63,791 nt of DNA, filler included, from Reticulomyxa filosa (GCA_000512085.1; 19 parts of 19 records of this genome joined end to end with filler, not necessarily neighbours in it), one strand, 5' to 3'; counted from the first letter of the whole stretch, positions 51,583 through 63,791 are shown. Program-made: numbers and translations. The notes: generated from the letters alone by a model not told the origin.

Positions 51583-52746
51583 ATGGCAGCAGTTTCAATT
51601 TTTCAAACAAAACTAGCTGATTTATGCGGTATCTTCGTTGATACAAGCTTTGCTTGGACGTAAGAAAATTTCTTTGTTCTCGTATGTACGTATGCCCAAT
51701 ATAAAAACGTTTGTGGTGTACAGAAAATTTCGCTACCCATTTTGGGGGTTGATACTGTACCTATTTAGCGTAAGGCTATTCCAACCAAAGGAAGAAACAG
51801 TAAAAAAAGTGGAACAACCTATTACTCGTAGTGATTCGGGAAGAGACAAACGATTGGGCAAGACTGAGTCATTGATGTTTTTGCACAATATGCTCTTGTG
51901 CATTTTCAGTTTTTTGACGTGTGCAAACACTTTACCGATTGTGTATGATTTGTTCAAAACCTATGGCGTTGGTGCGTCATTGACCAATGGTGAATTTGAA
52001 AAAGTTTTGTTGTTTCTTGCTTCTTGCAAAATATGTATACAACGTGGGTGCCACTTTTAAAAAATCTTAGCTTTACGATGGACCGTATGGGTACTGGAGC
52101 CATTTATTTTATTTGAGCAAATTTTATGAATTTGTTGACACTTGGATTGTTATCTTGCGAGGCAAGAGACCTTTGTTTTTGCAAGTCTATCATCACACTG
52201 GGGCAGTCTTGGGCATGTGGCTGAGTATGTTCTATTTTGCCTTCTTGTCCGTTTCCATAACACAAAATCTTGGTTGTGTCTTTAGTTACTATTACAAAGT
52301 CGACCTGTGGCTATCTTTTTGTTGTTGGTATGCCTTTTTTATTTTTATTTTTTTAAAATAAACGTATATGTGGTAACCGAATTTGGAACAGAAAACTCGT
52401 GTATTCACACAATAATGTATTTTTATTATGCGATGAGCGTGTTGGGATATCAATTCAAAGTTACAAAAAATAAGTGTACAAAAATGAGACATTTAATACT
52501 ATGCAAAAAATATAATGCTTTGTGTACGTGTAGAACAAACATTTAATAACAACTGCTCAAATGGTACAATTCGTGATTGGTGTGAGCACCAGCTTTGTGC
52601 AACTTTATTTCTATGGTGCTAAAATGCGTTGGGAAGATAAGTTCACGGTACTTTTCAATGATGTTTATGTTATTGTATTGTTTTACTTTTTTTATCAATT
52701 TTATCGAGAATCCTACAAGCGCCGAAAAGAAAAAAAACAAGTTTAG
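51583..52746 (+). CDS. ELO: Fatty-acid elongase (ELO/GNS1/SUR4 family), 6 exons
   Basis: FYLSKFYEFVDT, FLQVYHHTG, ENSCIHTIMYFYY, ITTAQMVQF and a C-terminal dilysine KEKKQV. Five GT-AG introns restore the frame. Confidence 0.95.
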
Positions 52747-53488
52747 AAAATAAAAAGGATACTGACAAGCACAAAAAGAATAAACAAAGTAAACAAAATG
52801 AAATTCCTTGTTTACGTGTAAATGTTGGTTATTTGTTGAGACTTCTTTTTGGACTTAGCCATTTGACAATATATGACCTTTACCTTTTTCTTTCAAATAT
52901 GAATTAATATTCATTTTTATTGATTTCACATAACTCTTTGTTCAGCAATTAAATGTGATAGTATGTTTCACTTATCTACAAATTTTTTTGCGTTTAATTG
53001 CGAATGTCTAAAATTTTTACTTAGTAGGTAATATACGTTACGTAACGGTAAAAAATTACGTGAATAATGATCCCCTCGAATAAATTTTAACATCCATACA
53101 AAAAATTACTAAAAATATCTTCAGGAAAAAATTGAATTAACATTTTTTTGTGATTTATTTTTAAGATGTAACTGATTTTTTAAACCGACTTAAATGTCTT
53201 TTATTCTTTCTGGCAATAGCAATAGTTCGTTAGTAGTTATTGAGAAATAGTTAATCAGTTCCATCCAATAACAGATTTAGAATACATGCAATCGTTTGTG
53301 TTTGTCATCTACGGATAGAAGTTTCGAAAGAAAAATTGATTTATTTCTTTTTATTTTTTGAATAAAAATTAAAGCAAAAAAAAAAAGATAATTAATAAAA
53401 ACATTACAACAAAGCAATGTCCACATAAAAAAAATCTGACAAAAAATACTAAGTTTTTGTCGAAACTGCTCTGATGACATTTGTTCCA

Positions 53489-55170
53489 TTATTTATCACT
53501 GTTACTTGCCTCTTTTTTTTTCTTCTTTGGATTTTTTTTATTTTTTTCTTTTTTATTTCCATCTTTGTCCACTCGTTTGGATTTCTTTTTGTTTTCTGTC
53601 GAAGGATTGTCATTGACATTGAGTATGTCTAAGGTATCAAAGATCTCAGTGGTTCCATTTTTTTCTTTTTTTTTAGCGCTTTTGGAAGCATCTTTGCTCG
53701 CCTTTGAAGAAGCTTTTGATTTGGATTTGGGTTTTGTGTCTGTTGTCTGGGCTTGATTCGTGCCTGCATTACCAACTGGCAAATCTCCAAATATACCCAA
53801 TAAATCGTTAGTATTTGAACCAGATGGATTTGTGTCGGCAGTTGAAGTGGGATTTTCATTTGCAAGATTTTCTACATTTCCATTTTTGGACTTTTTTTTG
53901 CTGTCTTTTTCAGCGTTTTTATTTTTAGAAGCCTTGGTCTTTTTGGGTTTCTTTCCATCTTTATTGCTTTTTCCAGTTGTTTTGGTTACTTTGACTTTTT
54001 TTTTGACCTTGAGAAATTGCAAATTACAATTACACAAAAACACGATATATTTCTTTGATGCAGTATGTAGCAAAGATATGGCCAAACATTGATTCAAGGA
54101 AACAAAACTTTTGAAGTTTGTTCTGCATTTTGTTCTTCTGTGTATTTTTTAATAATATCTTCTTCCTTTTGTTTGTAAGGCTGTAAATGTGGCATCACTT
54201 CGTTTATTGGCTTGTTCCAATCGATTGCTTCCTCTAATGGATCGATATAAAGTGGTTGCCTTTCTTTAGTCTCATCAATATCGTGTTTCGACAATTTGGG
54301 ACCTTTTTTTACTGAGTATCTGCCTATTTTTGATCGTTTTGATTTTTCTGGTAAAATTCCCCTCTGCTCGCGTTTAGCTTCGCTTCCTAATGCTCCATCG
54401 TCGGTGTGATTGGTCTCCTCTTTCTTTGATCTCTGATCATCTCTCTCTTCTTCTTTGTTCTCATTGTCTTCTTGTCCGTCCTCTTGTAGCATAAATGGAT
54501 CGTTTGGTCTTTGTCGTTTTTGTTTCGTCTATCCGGTGTTTTATATACAATTCACAAGAACTGACCCATCTGAGCATATGCGTATATGCGTATGCTTTTG
54601 CAACAAAAAAAAAAAAAAATATATATATATTATATACATTGTATATATTTATAACGAAACAGCAGTTTTTTTTTCGGAGATTCCTTAGTTTCAGTTGGGA
54701 ACCAATCTTTCTGGTCAGCATCCGAAAGATTTTCCATATCCTTTATATTTGCACATCACATATGTGTATACATAAATACGTAAACATATTGTATGCGTAC
54801 AATGAATGGGAAAATATTAAAGAACAAACATCTTCTTCTTCTTCTTCTTCTTTTTCTGATTCAGGCCATGGCTCACCCATCCAATCTTCTAGTGACAAAC
54901 CAGACGGTATTTTCTTGGCTGCAATGGCTTGGTTTTTGGGATGGACGGGTGATAATTCACTACTGAAGACTTGTGCGAAAGCAGACACAAGATCTTTTTG
55001 TTCGTTCTGTGGTGATGTTGTTAAGATGGGATCCAGCCATTTCAAAAAGTAGATGTAAGCGGTGGCCCTTTCTTGAACTTCGATATGCGATGAGCTTGCC
55101 AGTGGCTGAAGAAGTTGGATTGAACCGGTGATTAAATCTTTGCATACTTGATTCTTTTTTGTTTTGATGT
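53489..55170 (-). CDS. AP3D1: AP-3 adaptor complex subunit delta, C-terminal part (5' truncated)
   Basis: SSHIEVQERA, FSSELSPVHPKNQ...IPSGLSLEDWMGEP, RQNDPFM and IDWNKPINEVMP match AP3D1 trunk-end and hinge motifs. Lys-rich tail. Confidence 0.8.
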
Positions 55171-55202
<32 letters not shown>

Positions 55203-55792
55203 NNNNNNNNNNNNNNNNNNNNNNNNNNNNNNNNNNNNNNNNNNNNTTAATTAATTAANNNNNNNNNNNNNNNNNNNNNNNNNNNNNNNNNNNNNNNNNN
55301 NNATTGTTTTCGAGTGATTATAGATTTGTCGAATCATTTCACACGCGGAAGCCGTACTTGCAAGGGAAAGCAAAGCCAGCACAATACTGCCAAAATGGAG
55401 AAGAAATGTTGAACTTCAAATAGCAAACCTTAAAATGATAGTGATTGTTTCAAGCTTTGATGTTGCTCTTTTAGTCTGTGTGGATTAAAATTTGGACAAC
55501 CAAACTAAGTGACTTGTTCTTCCATTTGAAGAAACAATAGGATGAAATTTTCAAATTTCTTGGCGTGACACTTTTTCAATACAAGAGCAAAATCAAAAAA
55601 GAAGATCAAACCCTACCATCAATCATTTAGAAACTGGTGTGTGTGCCAAGGCATCATCTTTTTACAATTCCAAAACAGTGTGCACAAGACAAGAAGGGAG
55701 CAAAAAAAAGCAAAGATCAAAAGGATTTTTTTTACAACAAGCAAAGCAAGAACTAAAATAAACGCAAACATCACAAAAGAAGAGATTCAAAA

Positions 55793-57050
55793 TTAAATGC
55801 GAATTTGGTAATCTCCAGCCAGCATTAGTGGCATATCTAACCCATTTGATTGACTGTATTGTAATTTAGGCTCCTGAACGTTCAAAAAACACACTTTGAT
55901 TCCCGGTGCATGCTACATAGTAATGGAAAACTTAAGTTCGATCGGATGACATTGTCACTGTTTGTCATGGATCAAATGTACCAACTTGACTTCTCCACGG
56001 AGAGTAGCCGAACATCCACCAGAGATTCTAGCAATGTCCCAAAGCAAAGCAGCTTTCGTGGGCTTGTATTACCATTTTCCAGCTTCGCAGCGTCGTAGCA
56101 TGCGGCCACACAATAAACATGCACACATTACACGCAGTGTTTATTGATACATGTATGGCAACGGCAAGCAGTTTGTATATAAGAGAAAGCTTTAGGTGAA
56201 AAATATAAAACAAGTAAAGTGATTATATGTTCAATGTTTAATGGCATCACAAAACTCGTCGTTTTAACATTACAGAAGAAGTATGATATGGTACTGGAAT
56301 AATGACCTTGACATTATTGTCCTGATGATAGTTCTCAAATTTGGATTTAATCATAATATTATACTCGACACAGTTTATTCATGTTTCAAGGATTTCGTGT
56401 TGAACATATAATGTCAAGACGATTTTGTTGATGCAGTATGCTATGAGTTCAAACTTTCCATCGGGTGGTGTAAACATGATTCGTCATATAACGTCAATCG
56501 CACAGCCTTATGAAAAGTGACGTCTTGGAGTTCGATTCCACTTTTATCAGACACTTTTTTTTTTGTTTCCAGCGCTTATATTCTCTTTTGCATGGAAACT
56601 TTGTCATTCAGCCCAAATCGACAAATGGGCATTCAACTCAAAGACGACTTCATCATTATTTTGCCGTTACAATAGCAAATCAAATCTTTGCTCTGTTGGT
56701 TGACTATCGCATGGACTTCTTCCATCACGTCCAAGTACACTTCGTTCGTCTGATAAATGTATTTCCCTTCTTGTCTCCAAGGTATCGTTCCTGTTATTGC
56801 TGTTGTCAACTCGCGCGTTTCTCGATTCGAGTCTGCCTGATTTGACGATTGTACTTGCTTCGCGCTTCCTTGATGGATATATTGTTTCAATAAGTCCACA
56901 CTTACTACTTGTGGATATCCTTGATCAATCACTTCGTCCAATAACTTGTATTTTTACTGTTTGCTGGAGCAACTTTAATTTGGATGATCATGTATTACCG
57001 TACAGAAAACGGTATATCTTATGTTGGAGTCTGTTTGCAATCGTCATAGC
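55793..57050 (-). pseudogene. Clathrin adaptor medium chain (AP-2 mu-like) pseudogene
   Basis: MDEVIDQGYPQ, TGTIPWR...YQTNEVYLDVME, KSSLS*MPICRFGLNDK, DVTFH, PPDGKFEL, GIKVCFLNVQE...AGDYQIRI*. Multiple premature stops and frameshifts. Confidence 0.85.
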
Positions 57051-57157
57051 AGGTAAGTGAAGAAATTTTTTTTTTTGTCCTTTTCTCTAAAAAAAACAAC
57101 TCTAATCTGATTGTCGAAATTGCTTTGCAAAAAAGTTTGCTTTTTTCCCATTTACAA

Positions 57158-57862
57158 ATGAATATTATTGATCAGCATACGGAGCAAATCATTTCCGGTT
57201 ACTGTTGGGTCTGAAGGTAAGTTGATATAATGTCACGATTGAACAGTGAATTAAACAAGAAAATGCCGTATTGAGGCAAGAAGTGAATAAATTAACACGT
57301 GCCCGTGTACAATTGCAGACTGGAATGATAGTTAAAAGAATCAAACTAGCGATTGAAAGTTAATATGGTGAAATTCCGATAATGGGCGAAAACTTAAAAA
57401 ATTTGGCTGGAAGCAATTTGTAAGGCTTAGAAAAGTTTCAAAAATCTTAAAAAGCTTAATTGATCGAAGGAAAGAGTCATTAATTAAAAATGAAAAAGCA
57501 ATTTGAACAAAGTGTACGATCAGTAAATTTTAGTCAATTTTTTTTATTTACGTATACTGCATATTCACGTAGGTTTTTGTTTTGAAAAACAAAATAATAT
57601 TGATTGCACACATAAGAAGAGATACATTCATCTTTAATATAAAATAATATGACATCAAAAATAGTTTGAGTACAAATATGGCAAAGCAGATATTACTGAA
57701 CAATCATCCAATGAGTTTTTGGACGCTTTACCAACAGAATATCGTAAGATATTCCAAGAAGTTGGTAAAAGTTTCAGAAACTTGGCAGGTGACGATAACA
57801 TAATGCAATATGATGAATTTAAGAATTTAGTTGATTCTTGGACAGATGAAGTCTCAAATTAA
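57158..57862 (+). pseudogene. Coiled-coil plus C-terminal EF-hand-like protein pseudogene
   Basis: QENAVLRQEVNKLTRARVQLQ with internal stops; last exon ...EFLDALPTEYRKIF...NLAGDDNIMQYDEFKNLVD*. Confidence 0.5.
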
Positions 57863-58311
57863 GTTTGTCTTGAACAAACAAATATATTTGCTTTTTGTTG
57901 TTTTTTTTTAAATCAATATTATTACTAAAATATAAAATAATTGTACATTAATCAACCTTGCGTCGCGGAGGTCTGAAATGCAAATTTTTTATTTTATCAG
58001 GTAATCTTTGTAAGATGAAGTGCTTTCTAATCAACACTTTTTTGCACCAAGATTTATTTGTATTTTCATAAATTCTTTCATTGATCTTGTGGTTTCCTTG
58101 GGCAAAATCAAGTACAGTATATTGCAAAACTTATTTTGTTAAAAGTATCTAATTTGGACATTTAATTAAATTTTTTCAAATTTATGTATATCAACATAAT
58201 GATATGTTGTATCTATATTGTAAAAATATTTTTTAATAAAAAACATAAATAAATATTCATCAATTTCTTTTTTTTAAATTGACAATAAAAATAAAAAAAT
58301 GATTTTTGAAA

Positions 58312-58700
58312 TGAAAAAAAAGATTATGTGTTTATCTGACTACCAAAACGGCATTGGTGGAGAAGGGAGCTTATTGGTAATTAGCACTAAGCACATAACC
58401 TTGATTTTTAACTACATCTTGATGTAGTTAAAAATTATATATTGGTCCTGCTCCATTACCTTAACTAAAATTTCATGAATAACACTTTTTTTTTTAATTA
58501 GTGACATTGACAACTTCAAAAATATCTTTGGGTCGCGTGGAAAAACTCAACTTTTTATTCATAAATTTGATTTTTATCAACGTTTTATTGCTGGAAACAA
58601 GTTTGATTATTATCTAATCTATCCATAAAATTAACACAACTTTGAGATATAGAACGACAATTATATCATAGCTTGTAACATTTTCGTAGAACGAAAAAGT
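58312..58700 (+). pseudogene. Degenerate RI-like leucine-rich-repeat gene fragment
   Basis: Fragments NGIGGEG, LHLDVVKNY..IGPA, NIFGSRG and AGNKF in shifting frames fit the L.L..N.IG..G repeat. Confidence 0.4.
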
Positions 58701-59053
58701 AGTACCAGAAGCCCGAAGCGTAAGCATTAACAGAACAAAAAATTGATCTCTTTTTATTGCATACGAAAGTAATAAGTCCAAAAAAAAAAGCAACCATTAT
58801 AATTGGGCAATTTCAATAAAGTCACATTTCCTTGAGAAAGTTCACTAGCTTTTTCTCTCCCTTTAAACCCCTTTGCGTTTCGCAAAAGAGATCATTTAGT
58901 CTGGATTTGAAATAAAAATCTTTGCAAAAAATGACAAAATGAGGAAGTGTTTCATTTGAACAAAAATGAAAAGAGGTTTATTGTATTGTGATTCTCAAAG
59001 GTCATTCCTCATAGACAACCCTTTTGTTTTTTTTTGAATATCTTTGAGTTTCT

Positions 59054-59846
59054 TTATTTTCCACCTTTCTTGGCATTTCCTTCTTCTAGTTTTTGCCATT
59101 CTTTGAGGAAGGCTACAGCTTCTGCGTGAAGTTGTTCTTTCACTATATTTTGCCACGCAAAACATAAGACAGTTTTTTTTTTAATTCGCAATTTTCCAAA
59201 AAAAAAATAATTGATACTAAAAATATGTGAAATATATACACACATATACATAACACATGTATAACATATACATATGTATGTATATGTATATATAAACAAA
59301 TGTCCCTATCACCCGGTTCATTCTCAAGACATACCTTTCTCTTCACGAGCTCTGCCTCTCACCGTTTGATACACAAATTCATCATTAGGATGCAAATAAT
59401 AATCAGGATAAACATCTCTCATTTGTAATTCTTTCTCTGTAAATTCTGGGTCATAAATTTGCGACTGGTGGAATTGCAATGCGCGCAATGTGCTCGAGTC
59501 CACTTGTGCTTCATTCAATTGGGTCATCTTTTTTTTGTTTTCTCTGCAAATTGTGGTATTTTGGATGCGTGTGTAGTGTGACAAACTATTGTTACTACGT
59601 GAGGAAGATCATAGTAAGGCTAAGGAAAAAGAGAAAGATGAACGAACAAAACATAAATGCTTTTTTTTTTTTTGTTTGTCTGTTGAAATAGTATTCGTAG
59701 CATAACTCATTGACATATTTCGTCAAATAATTGAATTTCATGCCCCCGTAAACAGCACCAAACACAAACGCTAAGCGTCTTGTGTATGAGACAAACGCGG
59801 AGGGGGAAACAAGGTTGCGTGAGACACTGCGAGCTGCGGCTGTCAT
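59054..59846 (-). CDS. Probable mitochondrial ATP synthase subunit e (divergent, extended C-terminus), 3 exons
   Basis: VSPSAFVSYTRRLAFVFGAVYGGMKFNYL has the R..A...GxxYG (GxxxG) signature and one TM helix. Later exons: ENKKKMTQL...REEK|VKEQLHAEA...GGK*. Confidence 0.55.
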
Positions 59847-60414
59847 TGAACAAATGTCTTTTCACAAAAAAAGAAAAAGGGTATTATATTATTAATCAGC
59901 GACAAAGGCCAAAGAGTTTTCTTTGAGTTTTTATTCCTTGTCCCCGTTTTCTTTTTTTTTTTCCCGTAGTCGACAGAAGGGTTCAATTCCTTTATCCAAA
60001 AATACTTGCATCTGATACAACGCTAATCTAATAGTTTTCTGCTTTCAAGGAAAGTCCGAGGTGAGATTTTGACACGGCTTTGTAGTTAAAAAACGACAAT
60101 AAAATCCATGTCATTATTTTGTCTTTTTTTTTTGACTGATAATAGAACAGAATTTTCCGGATTGGAAAAAAAAAAAAAATTAAATAAATGGTGCCCTCCA
60201 AAGCAAAAAAACTCCCCAAAACAAAAACATACAAAAAGAAGAAATCGGTATTGACAAAAAAACAAAACACGTCACAAAGTTATGTCCTACAATCCTGTTG
60301 GACCTTGAGATTGAGATGTGCGGTTTATGGTAAGAAAGATAAACCAATTGACAGCAAGTAAGCACTTGAAACAGTATTAATTTTTATTCGAGTTTATTCC
60401 GTTATCTGATCAAT

Positions 60415-61302
60415 TCAGGGAGTGGTAGCAATTTCATCACTTTCAAAACGGAGTGTAAGATGTTCATCTTGGTCTGTGGATGGCGGAAGTCTGGTTCGTT
60501 TGGATGCACTTTTTCGATGTTCGTGAGTGGGTGTTAGCTTGGAGCAAACGCGTTTTCGACTGGTCAATGTCGGCAGCATTTGCAAACTTGTGGGATCGTC
60601 TTCTCTATTCTTTTCTTGCTCGTTGGTGAATGCCATGTTGTCAAAGTCCATATGGCATTTCAAGGCATTTAACTCTTTGGCGTCTTCGAGTGCCTCTGGG
60701 TCATTTTGTCGGCCCTTGGGATTGCACTCTTCTTTTTTAACTTCTACAATTGGCTCAGGCTCAGCATCGATTTGTTGTTTTATATCTTCAGTTTCATTGT
60801 TATGTTTATTGTCATTGTCATTATCATTGTTATTGTCGTTGTCGTGTTCATTGGTATTATACCCATGGCCATTCTCATGTTCGTTTTCATTCTCTATCTT
60901 CACTTTTACCGAGTCTGTGGAAATCTGATTGTCATTGTCGTTATCCACTTTGTGGGAATGAACTTGCGTCATCGTTGTCATTGTCGTTGTTTCTATTTCG
61001 ATGGGAACTCGAATGGCTGGACTGGAAAGGCCAGCATAGGTACCAATATTAATGGATTCCAACGAAAAGAGGCAAGGGTCGTCTTTGTTTGTCAGAAAAT
61101 CGTTACCCATATTCCCACAAAAATCCGGCAACTCGGTGGCTGCTTCCGTGTCATCCTTCCCTGCAAACGCAAGACTACCAAATTCATTGGCCTCATTGAC
61201 ATCATCGGCATCATTGGACATCACAAATTTGTCCATATCGATTTTGTTTGGTTGGATGCAAATAAATGACTTGCTATCATCCATTGGAGAGTCTTGATTC
61301 AT
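60415..61302 (-). CDS. Acidic, Asn/Asp-rich, probably disordered hypothetical protein
   Basis: 295-aa ORF with DN repeats and basic NLS-like RKR and KRTR segments; no recognised domain. Confidence 0.55.
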   Translation of the reverse strand: MNQDSPMDDSKSFICIQPNKIDMDKFVMSNDADDVNEANEFGSLAFAGKDDTEAATELPDFCGNMGNDFLTNKDDPCLFSLESINIGTYAGLSSPAIRVPIEIETTTMTTMTQVHSHKVDNDNDNQISTDSVKVKIENENEHENGHGYNTNEHDNDNNNDNDNDNKHNNETEDIKQQIDAEPEPIVEVKKEECNPKGRQNDPEALEDAKELNALKCHMDFDNMAFTNEQEKNREDDPTSLQMLPTLTSRKRVCSKLTPTHEHRKSASKRTRLPPSTDQDEHLTLRFESDEIATTP

Positions 61303-61519
61303 GTCAATTGAGTGCTTCTAATTGTGTCCCCATTTATTTTGCCATTTGTGTATTATTCACCAAAAAAAAANNNNNNNNNNNNNNNNNNNNNNNNNNNNNN
61401 NNNNNNNNNNNNNNTTAATTAATTAANNNNNNNNNNNNNNNNNNNNNNNNNNNNNNNNNNNNNNNNNNNNTCAATATCTAAACTATTTGATTTGAAATAA
61501 GCAACCAAATAAGGCTGAA

Positions 61520-62632
61520 TCAATCCATTTTCATTGATTGGATGGGTTTATTGAGTGGAATTGTTTTCATCCATCGATTATCCACTCTAACCAAAACATA
61601 ATCTAATGTTTTACACAGACTCAAATAAATACAATGATCTTTATGACCAACCACCAAACTCATTTCACAATATGAATTGGATGACATTAATTTTAAATTC
61701 AGCAATCGATGCACCACATTGCAACTCCAATCATCTATCAAATCTGAACATTTATGTTTAAGCTCTTCAACTATAATATAATCCCATCTTCGGATACTTT
61801 TGACAATGCACCCCATTCACATCCCTTTTTCGCTTTTTCCAAAAAATGTATCACCAATAAATACAATTGTTTGTCATTCAATTTCGTTGATATTAATTCA
61901 AGTAATTCCACCAATCGTCTATCTTTATCTTCGTCGTTGTTTGTGTTGATCGAATGTTTGGAAACAAATATCAAAGCGTTAAAAACCCTCTCCGATTGTT
62001 TTTCATTCCATTTCGTTGAAATTTCTTTAAGTGCTTTTTCATATGAAAAAAGTAATTATATTCCTGCTCATTTGGCAAAGCATTACTCCAAGTGATTTTG
62101 CACATGAATAATGAAATGTTTATATTTATCTTTCAATCCATCGATCAAAGTATTAATTGCATTTTCCAGCTGTTTATCAGTCAAACTCGTTGAAATTACT
62201 CCAAGTGATTCTGCATATGAATAACGAACATCGTTATCTCCATCTTTTAATCCACTCATCAAAGCGTTGACAACTTTTTCCAGTTGTTTCTCACTTGCTT
62301 TTATTGCAATTATACCAAGTGATCTTGCACATGATACACGAACCCAATTATATATATCTTTTAACCCATGAAGGAAAGCACTGAAAACTCTATCCAATTG
62401 TTTATCATTCAATTTTGTTGAAATTGCTTCAAGTGATCGTTCACATAATGCACGAATACATTTATTTCATCTTTTAATCCATTCAAACATTCAAAAACAT
62501 CATCCAATTGCTTTTTGTTTAATTTCATTAAAATATATCCAACAGATTCTGCACACAGTTTACGATCCGTTTACTGCTACCTTTGAACCCATTGATCAAA
62601 CATGTGAAAAGAGAATCGATTTGTGTTTCATT
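61520..62632 (-). pseudogene. HEAT-repeat array gene, frameshifted
   Basis: About 38-aa repeats of L..GLKD....VR.SCA.SLG.I..KLNDKQL distributed over several frames. Confidence 0.85.
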
Positions 62633-62732
62633 NNNNNNNNNNNNNNNNNNNNNNNNNNNNNNNNNNNNNNNNNNNNTTAATTAATTAANNNNNNNNNNNN
62701 NNNNNNNNNNNNNNNNNNNNNNNNNNNNNNNN

Positions 62733-63385
62733 AATTATCATCATATTCTTTTTTGAATCCAAATGATTGCAAAAATATTTCCATATATGTAAATACTTGA
62801 TCAAAATTTGCACCTAATGTATGACATATTTTGGATAAATAGTTGTATAAAGCTTGTTTATGAATTTGACGATATTTGATATGTTTAGGATATTTCAAAA
62901 TATGCCACAAAATATGCAAACACATTTCTCGAATTATTTTTAATTCATTTTCTTCTTGAAACCTATCACAGTCACTTTTTGTTTTACTCTACAGTGATGA
63001 CATTTTGTAACATATTTAACTCATTCAAATTCGATGTTGCACAAATTTCTCTTAATTTCGCGATTGTATCAGTAAAAATTTGATTGCAATTTCTCCATGT
63101 TTGTGATATGGTTGTTTTTTCAAGTTGATTGCCAGCATTTTTGAATAGTATCATTAAATGTTGTTGTTGTTGTAAATTTGTGCTATATTAAAATATTGAA
63201 GCAATATTTAATGTTTTTATATGTTAAAAAAAAGAAAAGAAAATAGAAATTTGTTGTTACGTGTTTTCAGTTAGCCATGTTAAAACACTTTTTGTCTTTT
63301 CAACATCTTGATTAAACCATTTCAATGCTTCTGAAATGATCTCTTCATCTATCTTAGGGAACGTTTGTTGAAGTTGTACGAGCAT
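62733..63385 (-). CDS. CUE/UBA-like repeats plus PUB-like domain protein, 3' truncated
   Basis: MLVQLQQTFPKIDEEIISEALKWFNQDVEKT (CUE/UBA-like), a second similar unit after an intron, then HILKYPKHIKYRQI...FLQSFGF (PUB-like). Confidence 0.6.
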
Positions 63386-63791
63386 GATAATGATGAAATT
63401 ATTTTCAAAGCAACCCTTTTTTTTTAAATTTTAAAGCTTCAGAAACTCGATTTAAATTATTAAATGAGTTTCATTATAAATTTGTAATCTTATGAATTTT
63501 TAATTTTACTTGAAATAGTCCAAATCTATTGCGACAATTTACAATAATTTCTTAAGTGAAAAAACAAATTTATTTATTTAAGCAACAAGAATTGAGAGAA
63601 ATAAATTGAATGAAAATAAAAGAAATTAGAAATATATGAAAAACGAAAAGTATTGCCATATGTTTATGAATATTGTTAAATTTTTATCATTTAATATTAA
63701 TTCATCCCCATTTTTCTTTTCATTAAAATAAATTTGTTGATTTAAACTAATCAAATAACCATTCTCTATCAGTTCATGAAATAGTATTTGC

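Noticed and set aside
16714-56640. UGA reassignment or selenocysteine, suggested by in-frame TGA at 16714, 19482 and 56633
   Set aside because: TGA ends intact genes (kinase, RhoGAP, NLR), conserved Trp positions appear in the standard-code translation, and the 56633 TGA lies in a gene with many other lesions.
53489-57050. AP-3 delta next to AP mu as an adaptor gene cluster
   Set aside because: They are separated by the spacer at 55203-55302 and lie on different contigs.
5004-62732. Regularly recurring TTAATTAATTAA motif as a repeat array or CRISPR-like structure
   Set aside because: It is always centred in N runs of fixed length, so it is an artificial six-frame-stop spacer.

Overview
This window is not one locus. 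It is 19 unrelated contigs joined by 18 artificial 100-bp spacers (N44-TTAATTAATTAA-N44, stops in all six frames), so nothing can be inferred from adjacency across a spacer. Eighteen contigs come from an AT-rich eukaryote with short introns. Its gene families (RING/TRAF-WD40, NACHT-pentapeptide-WD40, HEAT arrays, 'HWVRILNIGLGWI' WD40 N-termini) resemble, from my recall rather than a search, the foraminiferan Reticulomyxa filosa. One GC-rich contig (22107-23513) is a complete bacterial IS5-family element. Recognisable housekeeping genes are mitochondrial L7/L12, ELO elongase, AP-3 delta, RhoGAP, a CAMK kinase, a peroxisomal ANT1-like carrier, a PTS1 thioesterase, a TFIIS-like protein, a C2H2 protein and a probable ATP synthase subunit e. 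Much of the remaining DNA is decayed genes (AP-2 mu, WD40, HEAT, LRR, EF-hand). Two mobile elements are missed or only partly captured by the ORF track: an internally deleted Tc1-type DD34E transposon with long TIRs (13333-14460, more ends at 4620-5003) and a LINE reverse-transcriptase fossil (about 1770-2130). The best candidate for a new system is an NLR-like NACHT-pentapeptide-16xWD40 receptor with an unrecognised N-terminal domain, set among rapidly turning-over repeat-sensor and ubiquitin-signalling families.
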